Below, piece after piece: positions 46,427 through 54,334 of a stretch of DNA of 64,000 bases. Each line of letters begins with the position of its first letter. The stretch's first letter is position 1. The DNA is from Halieaceae bacterium (lineage in GTDB: Bacteria > Pseudomonadota > Gammaproteobacteria > Pseudomonadales > Halieaceae): contig CBDEGK010000004.1 in assembly GCA_965237855.1 (NCBI GenBank), positions 179,305 through 243,304 on the forward strand. The letters are read 5' to 3'. Made by a program: the position numbers and the translations under genes. The notes under the pieces were generated by a model. That model ran no database searches, had not been told where the DNA came from, and saw only the letters and a program-made list of their open reading frames with translations.

Positions 46427-47653
46427 GTGGATTCAACCGGTCGACGCAACACACGCGTTAAATCGATCAGCTGGTGTTTCGTAGTCTAGCGTTTTTCTCG
46501 GTCTTTCGTTCAGCCGTCTTGCGACGCGATTTAGCTCTGCCTGTGAGTGGACAGACAAATCAGTACCCTTCGGGAAGTACTGCCTCAGTAGTCGGTTGGT
46601 GTTCTCGTTTGAGCCTCGTTGCCAAGGACTCCTCGGATCGCAGAAGTACACTTGAATATCTGTCGCCAGCGTAAATTTCTTGTGGTCACATAACTCCGAA
46701 CCACGATCCCAAGTGAGCGACTTATAGAGTTCGTTGGGCAACTTGCGGGCTTGCTTGATCAAAGCCCGGATCACCGTTTCTGTATTCTTGTTCTCAACCT
46801 TGGCCAGCATCACATACCGGGTCTGGCGTTCCACTAGGGTGGCAATGTACGTATAGTTTGGGCCGGCGATGAGATCCCCCTCCCAGTGACCGGGAACTGC
46901 CCGGTCCTCCACCGAGGCTGGTCGCTCACTGATCGGCACTGCATCCACAATCTTCCCCAATCCCTGCCCTTTCAAGCTGGCATGCTTTGAACGACGCATC
47001 ACACGCTGGGTTCTCAGGCACGCCAAGAGTTCCTTCTTCAGAACGCCGCGGGCCTGTATATACAGACTCTTGTAGATAGTTTCGTGTGACACGTGGTAGC
47101 ACTCATTTGTCTGGTATTGCCGCTTTAACCAGCCTGCAATTTGTTGAGGTGACCACTCAGTTTGTAACTTCTTAGTGATCACCCGCACCAGGCGAGGCTG
47201 GCCTGCCAACTTGCAAACCTTGGGTCGCAAGGCTCGCCGCCAAGCCGCTTCCTCGGCCGAGCTGGCTCGATAGGAAGCATACCCTCCATTGCGCCGAATT
47301 TCCCGGCTCACCGTAGACGGAGATCGGCCAAGTTCAGATGCAATGGCACGCATGGATTGCTGCTTCGCCAGACCCCTGGAGATGATCTCTCGTTCCGCGA
47401 GGGTCAGCGCCAGGGCGGAGCGCGTTCTATCAATGGGGCGGATGCCACCAGTCCTCGAAATAATTCCCTGAACCGAACTGTGGCTTCGGTCAAAAAGGCG
47501 AGCTATTGCATGGAGAGAATCGCCTTTTTCCCAGCGATCCCACATCAGGGCCTTCTGCGTATTTGAGTAATATATCCGAGGCTTTCGTTTCATCAGCAAC
47601 ACTCCTTCTCTCTGCTAAGAGATTAAAGTGTTGCGTCGACCGGTTGAATCCAC
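46427..47653 (-). mobile_element. IS30-family insertion sequence (1227 bp)
   Basis: Perfect 26-bp terminal inverted repeats GTGGATTCAACCGGTCGACGCAACAC lie at 46427-46452 and 47628-47653. AGGT flanks both ends. There is a single transposase ORF. Confidence 0.9.
46433..47596 (-). CDS. IS30 family transposase
   Basis: About 387 aa from MKRKPRIYYSNTQKALMWDRWEKG, with an HTH N-terminus and a DDE region carrying HWEGDLI. Confidence 0.9.
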   Translation of the reverse strand: MMKRKPRIYYSNTQKALMWDRWEKGDSLHAIARLFDRSHSSVQGIISRTGGIRPIDRTRSALALTLAEREIISRGLAKQQSMRAIASELGRSPSTVSREIRRNGGYASYRASSAEEAAWRRALRPKVCKLAGQPRLVRVITKKLQTEWSPQQIAGWLKRQYQTNECYHVSHETIYKSLYIQARGVLKKELLACLRTQRVMRRSKHASLKGQGLGKIVDAVPISERPASVEDRAVPGHWEGDLIAGPNYTYIATLVERQTRYVMLAKVENKNTETVIRALIKQARKLPNELYKSLTWDRGSELCDHKKFTLATDIQVYFCDPRSPWQRGSNENTNRLLRQYFPKGTDLSVHSQAELNRVARRLNERPRKTLDYETPADRFNACVASTG

Positions 47654-47915
47654 AGGTCATAGCAGACGTAGCACCCTCCTGGTTGGATCTGGTTCTCCTT
47701 GCGAACGAGTAAGGTCCGCTATACTCCGAAAGCGGACGTTCCCCCGCCCGATTATCTACCTTGCCTAGGTATAGAGTGCCCCAAACATCCGCAAACAACT
47801 CAAAGCGGAACTAAGGGCAGATGGTGCAACTAGGGCTGCATTGCTAGGATAGCGGAACAGGGGAGCTAAGGAGCTCCGAGCCTTTTTATTGTTTTGCAAC
47901 TAGTAAGGAATTCAT

Positions 47916-48377
47916 ATGAATGCGCTTGATCTGTCAGGCTGGGCTGCGTTAGCCGAGATAATTGCCTCCGTCGGCGTTGTTTTCTCTCTCCTCCTTGTCG
48001 CGTATAGCATCAAGCGAAATACCAGTGAAATGGAAACATCCAATTCCAATTTCTTGTATCAGCTTGATGCAGAAATTGGTGGTGACCTATCTCGAGACAT
48101 TGGATTGGCGACACTGACTCTCAAAGTGAGACAAAACGATGCTCTGTCGGACGTAGAGAAAATTCAATACTTGGCGTTCCAGGCCCGCTATCTGGGTATA
48201 TTGGAGATTGCCTGGACCCAGTACAAAAGTGGAGCTTTGGCCTCCATTGATTGGCGAGACTGGGATAAGTACCTGTCTGATTATGTGAAGGAAGGTCTCC
48301 CCAAGGAATGGTGGATTGAGATTAGGCCATTATATAAACCTGAGTTTGCCGAACACGTAGACAGTAAATTTGAGTAG
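47916..48377 (+). CDS. cassette ORF, family A, paralogue 2
   Basis: 153 aa. The TM anchor is WAALAEIIASVGVVFSLLLVAYSIKRN. The C-terminal W/P pattern is shared with paralogues 1 and 3. Confidence 0.7.
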   Translation: MNALDLSGWAALAEIIASVGVVFSLLLVAYSIKRNTSEMETSNSNFLYQLDAEIGGDLSRDIGLATLTLKVRQNDALSDVEKIQYLAFQARYLGILEIAWTQYKSGALASIDWRDWDKYLSDYVKEGLPKEWWIEIRPLYKPEFAEHVDSKFE

Positions 48378-48472
48378 GATTTCGATGTTTTTCAAGCGAA
48401 TCAGGTTATCGATCATTCTTCGTCTGTATAGATGGAGTCAGCGCCCAGCAATGACCGCCAACAACTCACAGC

Positions 48473-48560
48473 GAACGTCCGCTCCTAGGTCAAAGCAGAC
48501 CTAAAGCCTCGTAGCGGAGCTAGGGCTGCTACACTCCGAAAGCGGACATTCCGAGGCAGT
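48473..48560 (+). repeat. bipartite array repeat, copy 3
   Basis: GAACGTCCGCTCCTAGGTCAAAGCAGACC, a 23-nt spacer, then GCTGCTACACTCCGAAAGCGGACATTCCGAGGCAGT. Confidence 0.85.
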
Positions 48561-48826
48561 TACTCGGAGATGCAGCTATCACCTCCATGTGGACTCTGGC
48601 GCTCGAAGTCGTAGGGCCTGCTTTTGGCACATAGCGTGCACTGAGTTTGAGCTAGGATTCTCAAAGAGCATGCATTTAGTGGAGTACTTTGTAGTCGTTA
48701 GTGTTTGTGTATACTCAAGGCATGTTGCTATGCACCCACCTATCAACGTTATTGAGTCGTAAACCAAAAGCCTTACCGATGGTGTACAAGTTATATATCA
48801 CCGAGACATCCAATAAGCTGTTATAA
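48561..48826 (+). repeat. diverged, longer leader-module-like sequence ending in the core GTTATAA
   Basis: The 3' part, TTATTGAGTCGTAAACC...GAGACATCCAATAAGCTG|TTATAA, is alignable with the ends of the other leader modules. Confidence 0.45.
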
Positions 48827-48850
48827 AGCATTAGCAATCCAAACTTATAT

Positions 48851-48926
<76 letters not shown>

Positions 48927-48988
48927 TTACTAACCAGTCCAACTAGATATTGTCAGTTTGCAATTTACAAAGCTAAGCACTTCACAAT

Positions 48989-49351
48989 ATGGGCAACACA
49001 AATTGTGCTGGCAAAAGGAAAAAACGCTTTAAACAGGCTAGGAGTAATTGCACATGCCATATAACAAGTTCGGGCACAAACGCGCTTCGCGCTGGACTCG
49101 TGGCTTCGCCACTTGCCTTCTTTGTGACGGGGGCGCAATGGTTCACAGCGATCGTTCTCAGTAATCAGCTGATACAAGGTGCCTCGCCCTTCCACTGGTT
49201 GGAGATAATTCTGTACGTAACGATTGGTGTTTTTTTAGTAGGGATTGCGACGGACAATGCGCGAGTGCATGCTGTGTTGGCTATTTGGCCGCCACTGTTC
49301 TTTGTGTTGCTCATAGTTCAGATGTCGCAGCCAGAGCAGCTCTTTCGGTAG
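48989..49351 (+). CDS. hypothetical small membrane protein (start uncertain)
   Basis: 120-aa ORF whose distal 80 aa are hydrophobic (2-3 TM helices). It lies between the tRNA and an attC. No similarity was recognised. Confidence 0.3.
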   Translation: MGNTNCAGKRKKRFKQARSNCTCHITSSGTNALRAGLVASPLAFFVTGAQWFTAIVLSNQLIQGASPFHWLEIILYVTIGVFLVGIATDNARVHAVLAIWPPLFFVLLIVQMSQPEQLFR

Positions 49352-49402
49352 CTGGTGCCGACATAGGGTTTTCAGGAACGAAAGGAGCGAACACATGGAA
49401 AC

Positions 49403-49462
49403 TCATAACAAGCGCAAGCAAGCAGACTTGCGTGCTGCCAGCTGCTGTTTCGGACGTTATGT
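49403..49462 (+). other. attC recombination site (X4)
   Basis: The site reads TCATAAC-aag-CGCAAGCAAGCAG...CTGCTGTTTCG-gac-GTTATGT. The L arms pair with two extrahelical bases. R'' is complementary in 6 of 7 positions to the core GTTATAA at 48820. Confidence 0.6.
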
Positions 49463-49557
49463 CCGCTCCTAGGTCAAAGCGGGCATAGCGTCCCCCAGGT
49501 TAGAAGCGTTCATCTCGCAGGCGAACAAGGTCAGCTCTACTCCGAGAGCAGACTTTC
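49457..49557 (+). repeat. bipartite array repeat, copy 4
   Basis: TTATGTCCGCTCCTAGGTCAAAGCGGGCA, a 48-nt spacer, then GCTCTACTCCGAGAGCAGACTTTC. The 5' half begins at the X4 recombination point. Confidence 0.75.
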
Positions 49558-49702
49558 CCTCATTGTATTTTTGGTGTCTGAAGCGACATACGGGAATCGC
49601 TCGTGAAATTCTGCAATCCGTTCGTCAACAAACAGGTCGGTAGAAATATACCGTAGTGGTCTGTCCCCAGTTATCCCACAAATTGTCTGAATTATCGAAT
49701 TA

Positions 49703-50968
49703 ATGTATGGTGAGAATGCATCTAAATCTTGGTTTCCAATGACCAATTTTCATCAGCCGCGTGTACTGCTTGGGAATGCCGCCGTCGCTCTAATTGCGAT
49801 TGCGTGGCTCTTATCATTTCTAATGCAAATTGATGACATGGTCTCAGATCGGCACATGTCGATGGGGTTCTACGTTTCCCTGTCTCAAGATGGCACCCTC
49901 TTCGTGGATAAATTCCGGTCCGAAAACGACAGCGTCGAGGGGCTACAGCAAAACGACATTATCGTTGGCATTGGTGCTAACAAGTTCGAAGATACGGGAG
50001 GCATCCCGCGATCTCAGAGTGCGTTTCGCTCAGCCTTCCTGAATGCCCACGGCCAGGTCCTCATCGAGAGAGGTGGCCAGATAATACCCATCGCCGCACA
50101 AGTGAAACCTAAGCCGCTCGGCTGGCTGTCTCTGGCACTGAATTGTGTTCTTTGCGCACTCGGTCTTCTCGTCGCATTTTTTGGCAAACCGAACCACGGC
50201 ACACGTAGACCAGCGATGATTCTGCTGATCCTTGCAATCGTAGGGATTGATCCCGTAAACGGCCCCACCGGCGATACCGTCATGCTAAGTTTTATTATCT
50301 ATAGTGTCGCCTGTGGCCTGTACTGGCCTATTTCCATCAACTGGCTGCAACACCTGGCTAAACCTGACGTTGAGTATCGTCGACTGCTGCTGCCGTGGCT
50401 GTTTTCAGTCTTCGGCATCGTTGTTTTCTCATTGCACTGGGGTGCCCCAATACCACCCCCGTTCGCCGACCATGCGTTTACTATCTTGTACTGGGCGGGC
50501 ATGGTGTGTTGGTTCGGAACTGTGTTTCTCATTCACTCACGGCTAGAAACAGCGACGCGTCAACAACTTAACTGGGTGTTAGCCGGAGCTGCGTTCTCAG
50601 TTACAGGCGGATTCGCGGCCTTCGCTGCTGGTTGGATCTTGACAAACGATGACCTCAAGTTCCTTGGTTTATTCACTAAAGGATTTTTTGCTACTGGATT
50701 TGCAATGGCAATCCTGAAATCCGATTTCGGACACATTGACCGTGTTGTAAGCGTCTCATTGACCTATGCAATCCTCGTCGCGCTGTTCGCCCTATCTCTT
50801 GAGTTTTTTGTCGAGCCGTTGGCGGTCTTCTCAGCGACCTACATCGGCTTGCCAGAAGAAACAGGTAAAACGATACTCATTGTCATTGTCGCTTTAGGTA
50901 CGCCGGGACTAAAGAAAATGATTCAACCCGGGATCAAAAATTACTTCCTCGGTGTTTCATCCGCATAG
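49703..50968 (+). CDS. polytopic membrane protein with an N-terminal PDZ-like domain
   Basis: 421 aa. It has one TM helix, a PDZ-like segment (GLQQNDIIVGIGANKF...IERGGQIIPI), then about 7 TM helices. The ATG at 49739 is an alternative start. Confidence 0.6.
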   Translation: MYGENASKSWFPMTNFHQPRVLLGNAAVALIAIAWLLSFLMQIDDMVSDRHMSMGFYVSLSQDGTLFVDKFRSENDSVEGLQQNDIIVGIGANKFEDTGGIPRSQSAFRSAFLNAHGQVLIERGGQIIPIAAQVKPKPLGWLSLALNCVLCALGLLVAFFGKPNHGTRRPAMILLILAIVGIDPVNGPTGDTVMLSFIIYSVACGLYWPISINWLQHLAKPDVEYRRLLLPWLFSVFGIVVFSLHWGAPIPPPFADHAFTILYWAGMVCWFGTVFLIHSRLETATRQQLNWVLAGAAFSVTGGFAAFAAGWILTNDDLKFLGLFTKGFFATGFAMAILKSDFGHIDRVVSVSLTYAILVALFALSLEFFVEPLAVFSATYIGLPEETGKTILIVIVALGTPGLKKMIQPGIKNYFLGVSSA

Positions 50969-51007
50969 TAAAGATAATTGGAGACAGACCCCAGTTTTAG
51001 ATATTTT

Positions 51008-51092
51008 GAGTGACTGCTTTTAGGTCCTACCGACAAACCTCTCAACTGAATAAGGTCGGCTATACTCCGAAAGCAGACGTTCGATGTCTACT
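51008..51092 (+). repeat. bipartite array repeat, copy 5 (5' half degenerate)
   Basis: GAGTGACTGCTTTTAGGTCCTACCGAC, a spacer, then GCTATACTCCGAAAGCAGACGTTCGATGTCTACT. Confidence 0.7.
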
Positions 51093-51190
51093 ATGCTGAG
51101 AGAAATTATTGACTCAAAACCACTGCCGGAGAAATGTGTCCAGGAGACGTGATATAACACGTCACTTGGACAATGAATAAGCTGTTAGGA
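51093..51190 (+). repeat. conserved leader module, copy M5, ending in the core GTTAGGA
   Basis: Nearly identical to the copy at 54177. The palindrome GACGTGATATAACACGTC lies at 51146-51163. Confidence 0.85.
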
Positions 51191-51198
51191 GGCACGAC

Positions 51199-51684
51199 AT
51201 CGAAGAAGCCGAGACATTTTCGCTACTGGCAGAGGTAGCCGTCGCGCTCGCTGGGTTCACTGGTGTTGCAGCTGCGTTCGGCGGTCGGTCTCGTGAGTAT
51301 TCCGCAGCCGACCGAGTCCGTCTTGCAGCAATTTTTCTTTCCAGCGCGTGTGTCCTCGCAATTAGCCTTTGCGTGCTTACGCTCAAAAGCATCCTATTGG
51401 ATGCTGAAACGGTTTACGCCTACAGTGGTCTCTTGGGAGCTTTCTTTTTGGTTTGGTTCCTCTATCCACTTACACCTAGAACTTACGCGCTGGCCAGGGA
51501 TGCTGATACCTCCACCTCTCTGTCAATCGTCACACTGGGAACGCTTCAGAACGTTATAAGCCTGGTCTTATTACTTGCTAACTTTATTGTTTGGAGATCG
51601 GCCGGGCCGTTACTTGCAGCGGCGTCGATCCAGATTATGTGGTCGCTGTTGCTTTTCGCTCGTCTTTTAGTCCGACCCAACTAG
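51199..51684 (+). CDS. cassette ORF, family B (polytopic membrane), paralogue 1, with no canonical start codon (ATC aligned to the paralogue's ATG)
   Basis: The frame is open from 51181. (I)EEAETFSLLAEVAVALAGFTGVAAAF aligns with METTDLLLVGAEVSVAFAGFAGIIATF of the 51959 ORF. AGGAGG lies 6 nt upstream of the ATC. The first canonical start (GTG 51373) would delete the conserved N-terminus. Confidence 0.45.
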   Translation: MEEAETFSLLAEVAVALAGFTGVAAAFGGRSREYSAADRVRLAAIFLSSACVLAISLCVLTLKSILLDAETVYAYSGLLGAFFLVWFLYPLTPRTYALARDADTSTSLSIVTLGTLQNVISLVLLLANFIVWRSAGPLLAAASIQIMWSLLLFARLLVRPN

Positions 51685-51695
51685 GCTATGCGCTC

Positions 51696-51770
51696 TCCTA
51701 ATAAGTCAATCAACTACGCGCCTCTGGCGCCGGACTGGCTTACAGCCAGCCGGTTATTGAGGCGTTACTG
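51696..51770 (+). other. attC recombination site (X2)
   Basis: The site reads TCCTAAT-aag-TCAATCAA...TTATTGA-ggc-GTTACTG. It has the same architecture and extrahelical C as X1. R'' is complementary in 6 of 7 positions to the cassette start GTTAGGA at 51184. Confidence 0.7.
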
Positions 51771-51857
51771 AACGACCGCTCCTAGGTCAAAGCAGACGTA
51801 GAGAGCCAGTTGGCAGGATGGCCGCTATACTCCGTGAGCAGCCATTCGCCGTCTGTT
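51770..51857 (+). repeat. bipartite array repeat, copy 6
   Basis: GAACGACCGCTCCTAGGTCAAAGCAGACG, a 25-nt spacer, then GCTATACTCCGTGAGCAGCCATTCGCCGTCTGTT. Confidence 0.8.
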
Positions 51858-51958
51858 ATGCATAATGGCAGTAAACTACTCTGAAGGGTCATTCGCCTGA
51901 CTGTCCCACCCTCTCCATTTCGGTCTATCCTTGTATCAATCTAATATCTAGGAGATCG

Positions 51959-52504
51959 ATGATGGAGACGACTGACTTACTATTAGTTGGGGCTGAAGTG
52001 AGTGTGGCGTTTGCCGGGTTTGCAGGCATTATCGCAACATTTCAATTTAGGGATGATAGAGAAATCAAACGTGGTGACGTAGTAGGACTGACAATGATTG
52101 TCCAAATTTCCTTAGGGTGTGCGTTGCTCACTGTTATCCCTATAGTTCTCTCAATCATTGGAATCGACGAGGGGACATTGTGGGCCGCTTGCAGCGCCTT
52201 TGGAGCCAGTTGGGGCACTTACAACATGTACGTTGTAAATAGAAATATGAGGGGAGCCGGCAGGAAAACTTCTCAGCGAATACTATTCGGGAGTTTTCAA
52301 GGAGCGTTTGGCCTCCTCGTTATCTCATTGATTCTCAATGCAGTAGATATTTACTTTCATAGAGAGCCTGGCCCATATCTAGTGGGGCTTGTTCTATGTT
52401 TTAGCTTGGTTAGTTACATGTTCGCGCGTCTACTTCTTCACCCTTTGTGGCGAGCCGTTCAGAGCCAGGAAGCCGCAAATATCAGCGGAGCCACGCCAAG
52501 TTGA
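51959..52504 (+). CDS. cassette ORF, family B (polytopic membrane), paralogue 2
   Basis: 181 aa, about 5 TM helices. The GGAG motif lies upstream of the ATG. Confidence 0.7.
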   Translation: MMETTDLLLVGAEVSVAFAGFAGIIATFQFRDDREIKRGDVVGLTMIVQISLGCALLTVIPIVLSIIGIDEGTLWAACSAFGASWGTYNMYVVNRNMRGAGRKTSQRILFGSFQGAFGLLVISLILNAVDIYFHREPGPYLVGLVLCFSLVSYMFARLLLHPLWRAVQSQEAANISGATPS

Positions 52505-52531
52505 GCGTCCGCTTTTAGATCATAGCGGACC
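52505..52531 (+). repeat. bipartite array repeat, copy 7 (5' half only; perfect hairpin)
   Basis: GCGTCCGCTTTTAGATCATAGCGGACC forms the stem GTCCGCT/AGCGGAC. It starts directly after the family B stop codon. Confidence 0.7.
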
Positions 52532-52607
52532 TCTAATTTACAGGGGATGGAATTGTTCTATAGTTAGTCTTATTGGAATCCAACATTGAAACTGGAGCGT
52601 TGTAATT

Positions 52608-53921
52608 GTGATGATACTTAAGAAAACTCTAACTATTGCCGCTGTTGTTGTCACTGGTGCCACCCTATATATGTGGGGTCATACAGACGCGCGCTATGGT
52701 AGAACTGTGTTTAAGTCTGCAGAAGCTGCAAGCACGCCAATGATTTCTGCAGTCAAGGCGCGGTCGCGCGATGTTTATTCTCCGAATAGTGAGGACCTTG
52801 CATCGGATGAGATGCGTGTTATCGCATGTGGTACCGGTATGCCGACCACCCGCGCCGCGCAAGCTGCTGCCTGCTTTCTCGTCGAGCTTGGAAATGGCGA
52901 CAAGTTCATCTTCGATGTTGGATCCGGTTCGGCCGAACGAATTTCGTCCTTGCAGATCCCTTACGACTTCCTCGACAAGATCTTCATTGGACACCTGCAC
53001 GCCGATCATTTCGGTTCACTGGGAGAGATATTCATCGGGGGCGCACTCATGGGGCGGCAGAAACCGCTACAAGTCTGGGGCCCGAACGGCCCCTCCCCCG
53101 AGCTAGGTACCGCATATGCCGTTCAGAAAATGAAGGAAATGTACACATGGGACCTCGCCGGGCGCGTCGGTATTGTCGACTTTCGGGGTTACACGATTGA
53201 GGTCAACGAATTCGATTACAAAGCTGAAAACGCTGTAATCTATGAGAAGAACGGGGTGACAATCCGCTCGTTTCCCGCGATCCATTCACTCGACGGACCC
53301 GTTAGCTTCAGTCTGGAATGGAACGAGCTGAAATTCGTCTTCGGCTCGGACTCTTATCCCAACAAATGGTTCGTGAAATATGCCAAAGACGCGGATCTTG
53401 CTGTACACGAGTGTTTCGTCGCTGTTCCCGATCTGATCAAGAAGATGAGGTTCACGCCGGAGCAGGCCTTGCTCGTTGGTACCCAGATACACACCGCCCC
53501 GGAGGCTTTTGGCAAGCTAATGGCGGAAATCCAGCCGCGTATGGCCGTGGCGTATCATTTCTTCAAGGATTTTGACACAACTGCGCAAGTGAACGACCGC
53601 ATCCGCACTACTTATGACGGGCCACTGAGCCTTGCTGAAGATTTCATGGTCTGGAACATCACCAAGGATGACATAACTGTCAGGATGGCAGTTGTGGAAG
53701 AACACACGTGGGCGCCGCCTCTGACAGGTGCCCCGCAGCCTCCTGGGGGAGATAAAGACAGAGAGCAATTCAGTAAGGATGCGGGTATTCCCATTGGTGC
53801 GCTATCCTACTCAGATTTTGTCATCGAAGGTCGGTGGAGCGAAGTCGACGAGGCGCTCCGGGGAGTCTACAGGGAGGCGAGCGAGGCGGTTGGCAGGACG
53901 TTTGAATATCCAACGAAGTAG
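52608..53921 (+). CDS. MBL-fold metallo-hydrolase (RNase Z/beta-lactamase superfamily) with an N-terminal signal/anchor
   Basis: 437 aa with the HLHADH motif and a hydrophobic N-terminus LTIAAVVVTGATLYMW. The start is GTG 52608 or ATG 52611. Confidence 0.75.
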   Translation: MMILKKTLTIAAVVVTGATLYMWGHTDARYGRTVFKSAEAASTPMISAVKARSRDVYSPNSEDLASDEMRVIACGTGMPTTRAAQAAACFLVELGNGDKFIFDVGSGSAERISSLQIPYDFLDKIFIGHLHADHFGSLGEIFIGGALMGRQKPLQVWGPNGPSPELGTAYAVQKMKEMYTWDLAGRVGIVDFRGYTIEVNEFDYKAENAVIYEKNGVTIRSFPAIHSLDGPVSFSLEWNELKFVFGSDSYPNKWFVKYAKDADLAVHECFVAVPDLIKKMRFTPEQALLVGTQIHTAPEAFGKLMAEIQPRMAVAYHFFKDFDTTAQVNDRIRTTYDGPLSLAEDFMVWNITKDDITVRMAVVEEHTWAPPLTGAPQPPGGDKDREQFSKDAGIPIGALSYSDFVIEGRWSEVDEALRGVYREASEAVGRTFEYPTK

Positions 53922-54008
53922 AGTAATCGCACTCTGATAAGCCGTGTCAGCTGGGCGCCATGCCACGGCCTCACCACGCGGCAGGTGCCAGTACAATCAA
54001 GCGTTGCT

Positions 54009-54176
54009 GAGGGTCCGCTTTTGGCACAAAAGGGCCCGATTCAGCCCTGAATTTTCCACTCCGCCAACGGCCGGAATTAGGTCATAGCAGACATAACGCA
54101 CTCTAGGCTCCAACCGATGATTCTCGCAGCGGAGCAAAGACCGCTATGCTCCGAAAGCGGATGTTCACGGTCTGCT
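54009..54176 (+). repeat. bipartite array repeat, copy 8, with a ~54-bp insertion in the 5'-half loop
   Basis: GAGGGTCCGCTTTT [54023-54076 insert] TTAGGTCATAGCAGAC, a spacer, then GCTATGCTCCGAAAGCGGATGTTCACGGTCTGCT (54143-54176). Confidence 0.75.
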
Positions 54177-54274
54177 ATGTTGAGAGAAACTCTTGACTCA
54201 AAACCACTGCCGGAGAAATGTGTCCATGAGACGTGATATAACACGTCACTTAGACATTGAATAGGCTGTTATGT
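54177..54274 (+). repeat. conserved leader module, copy M8, ending in the core GTTATGT
   Basis: The palindrome GACGTGATATAACACGTC lies at 54230-54247. The module ends GGCTG|TTATGT. Confidence 0.85.
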
Positions 54275-54334
54275 GTTTCAGGAACGGTCGTTCGACCCTA
54301 AGCGCTCGTATATTTATCTCACAAGGACTCGTTG

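Larger units (their letters stand above)
46411..47741 (+). repeat. bipartite array repeat, copy 2, with its 5' half split by IS30
   Basis: ACGTCCGCTTCTAGGT | IS | AGGTCATAGCAGACG is followed by a spacer and GCTATACTCCGAAAGCGGACGTTC (47718-47741). Confidence 0.8.

Noticed and set aside
48579-48767. 62-aa minus-strand ORF (also 49537-49746, 69 aa)
   Set aside because: Both are short with no RBS. They lie in repeat or leader-like non-coding sequence and partly overlap repeat halves.
51093-51152. 19-codon ORF in the leader module: MLREIIDSKPLPEKCVQET at 51093, and MLRETLDSKPLPEKCVHET at 54177
   Set aside because: The ATG is lost and a stop is introduced in copy M1. A premature stop occurs in copy M11. 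The differences between copies are not biased toward synonymous changes. The conservation is therefore better explained at the nucleotide level.
51162-51392. Minus-strand ORFs overlapping leader modules (51162-51392, 54246-54506) that share a C-terminal ...AYS(L/M)SK
   Set aside because: The similarity is confined to the part encoded by the conserved module. The remainder is antisense to the cassette genes.
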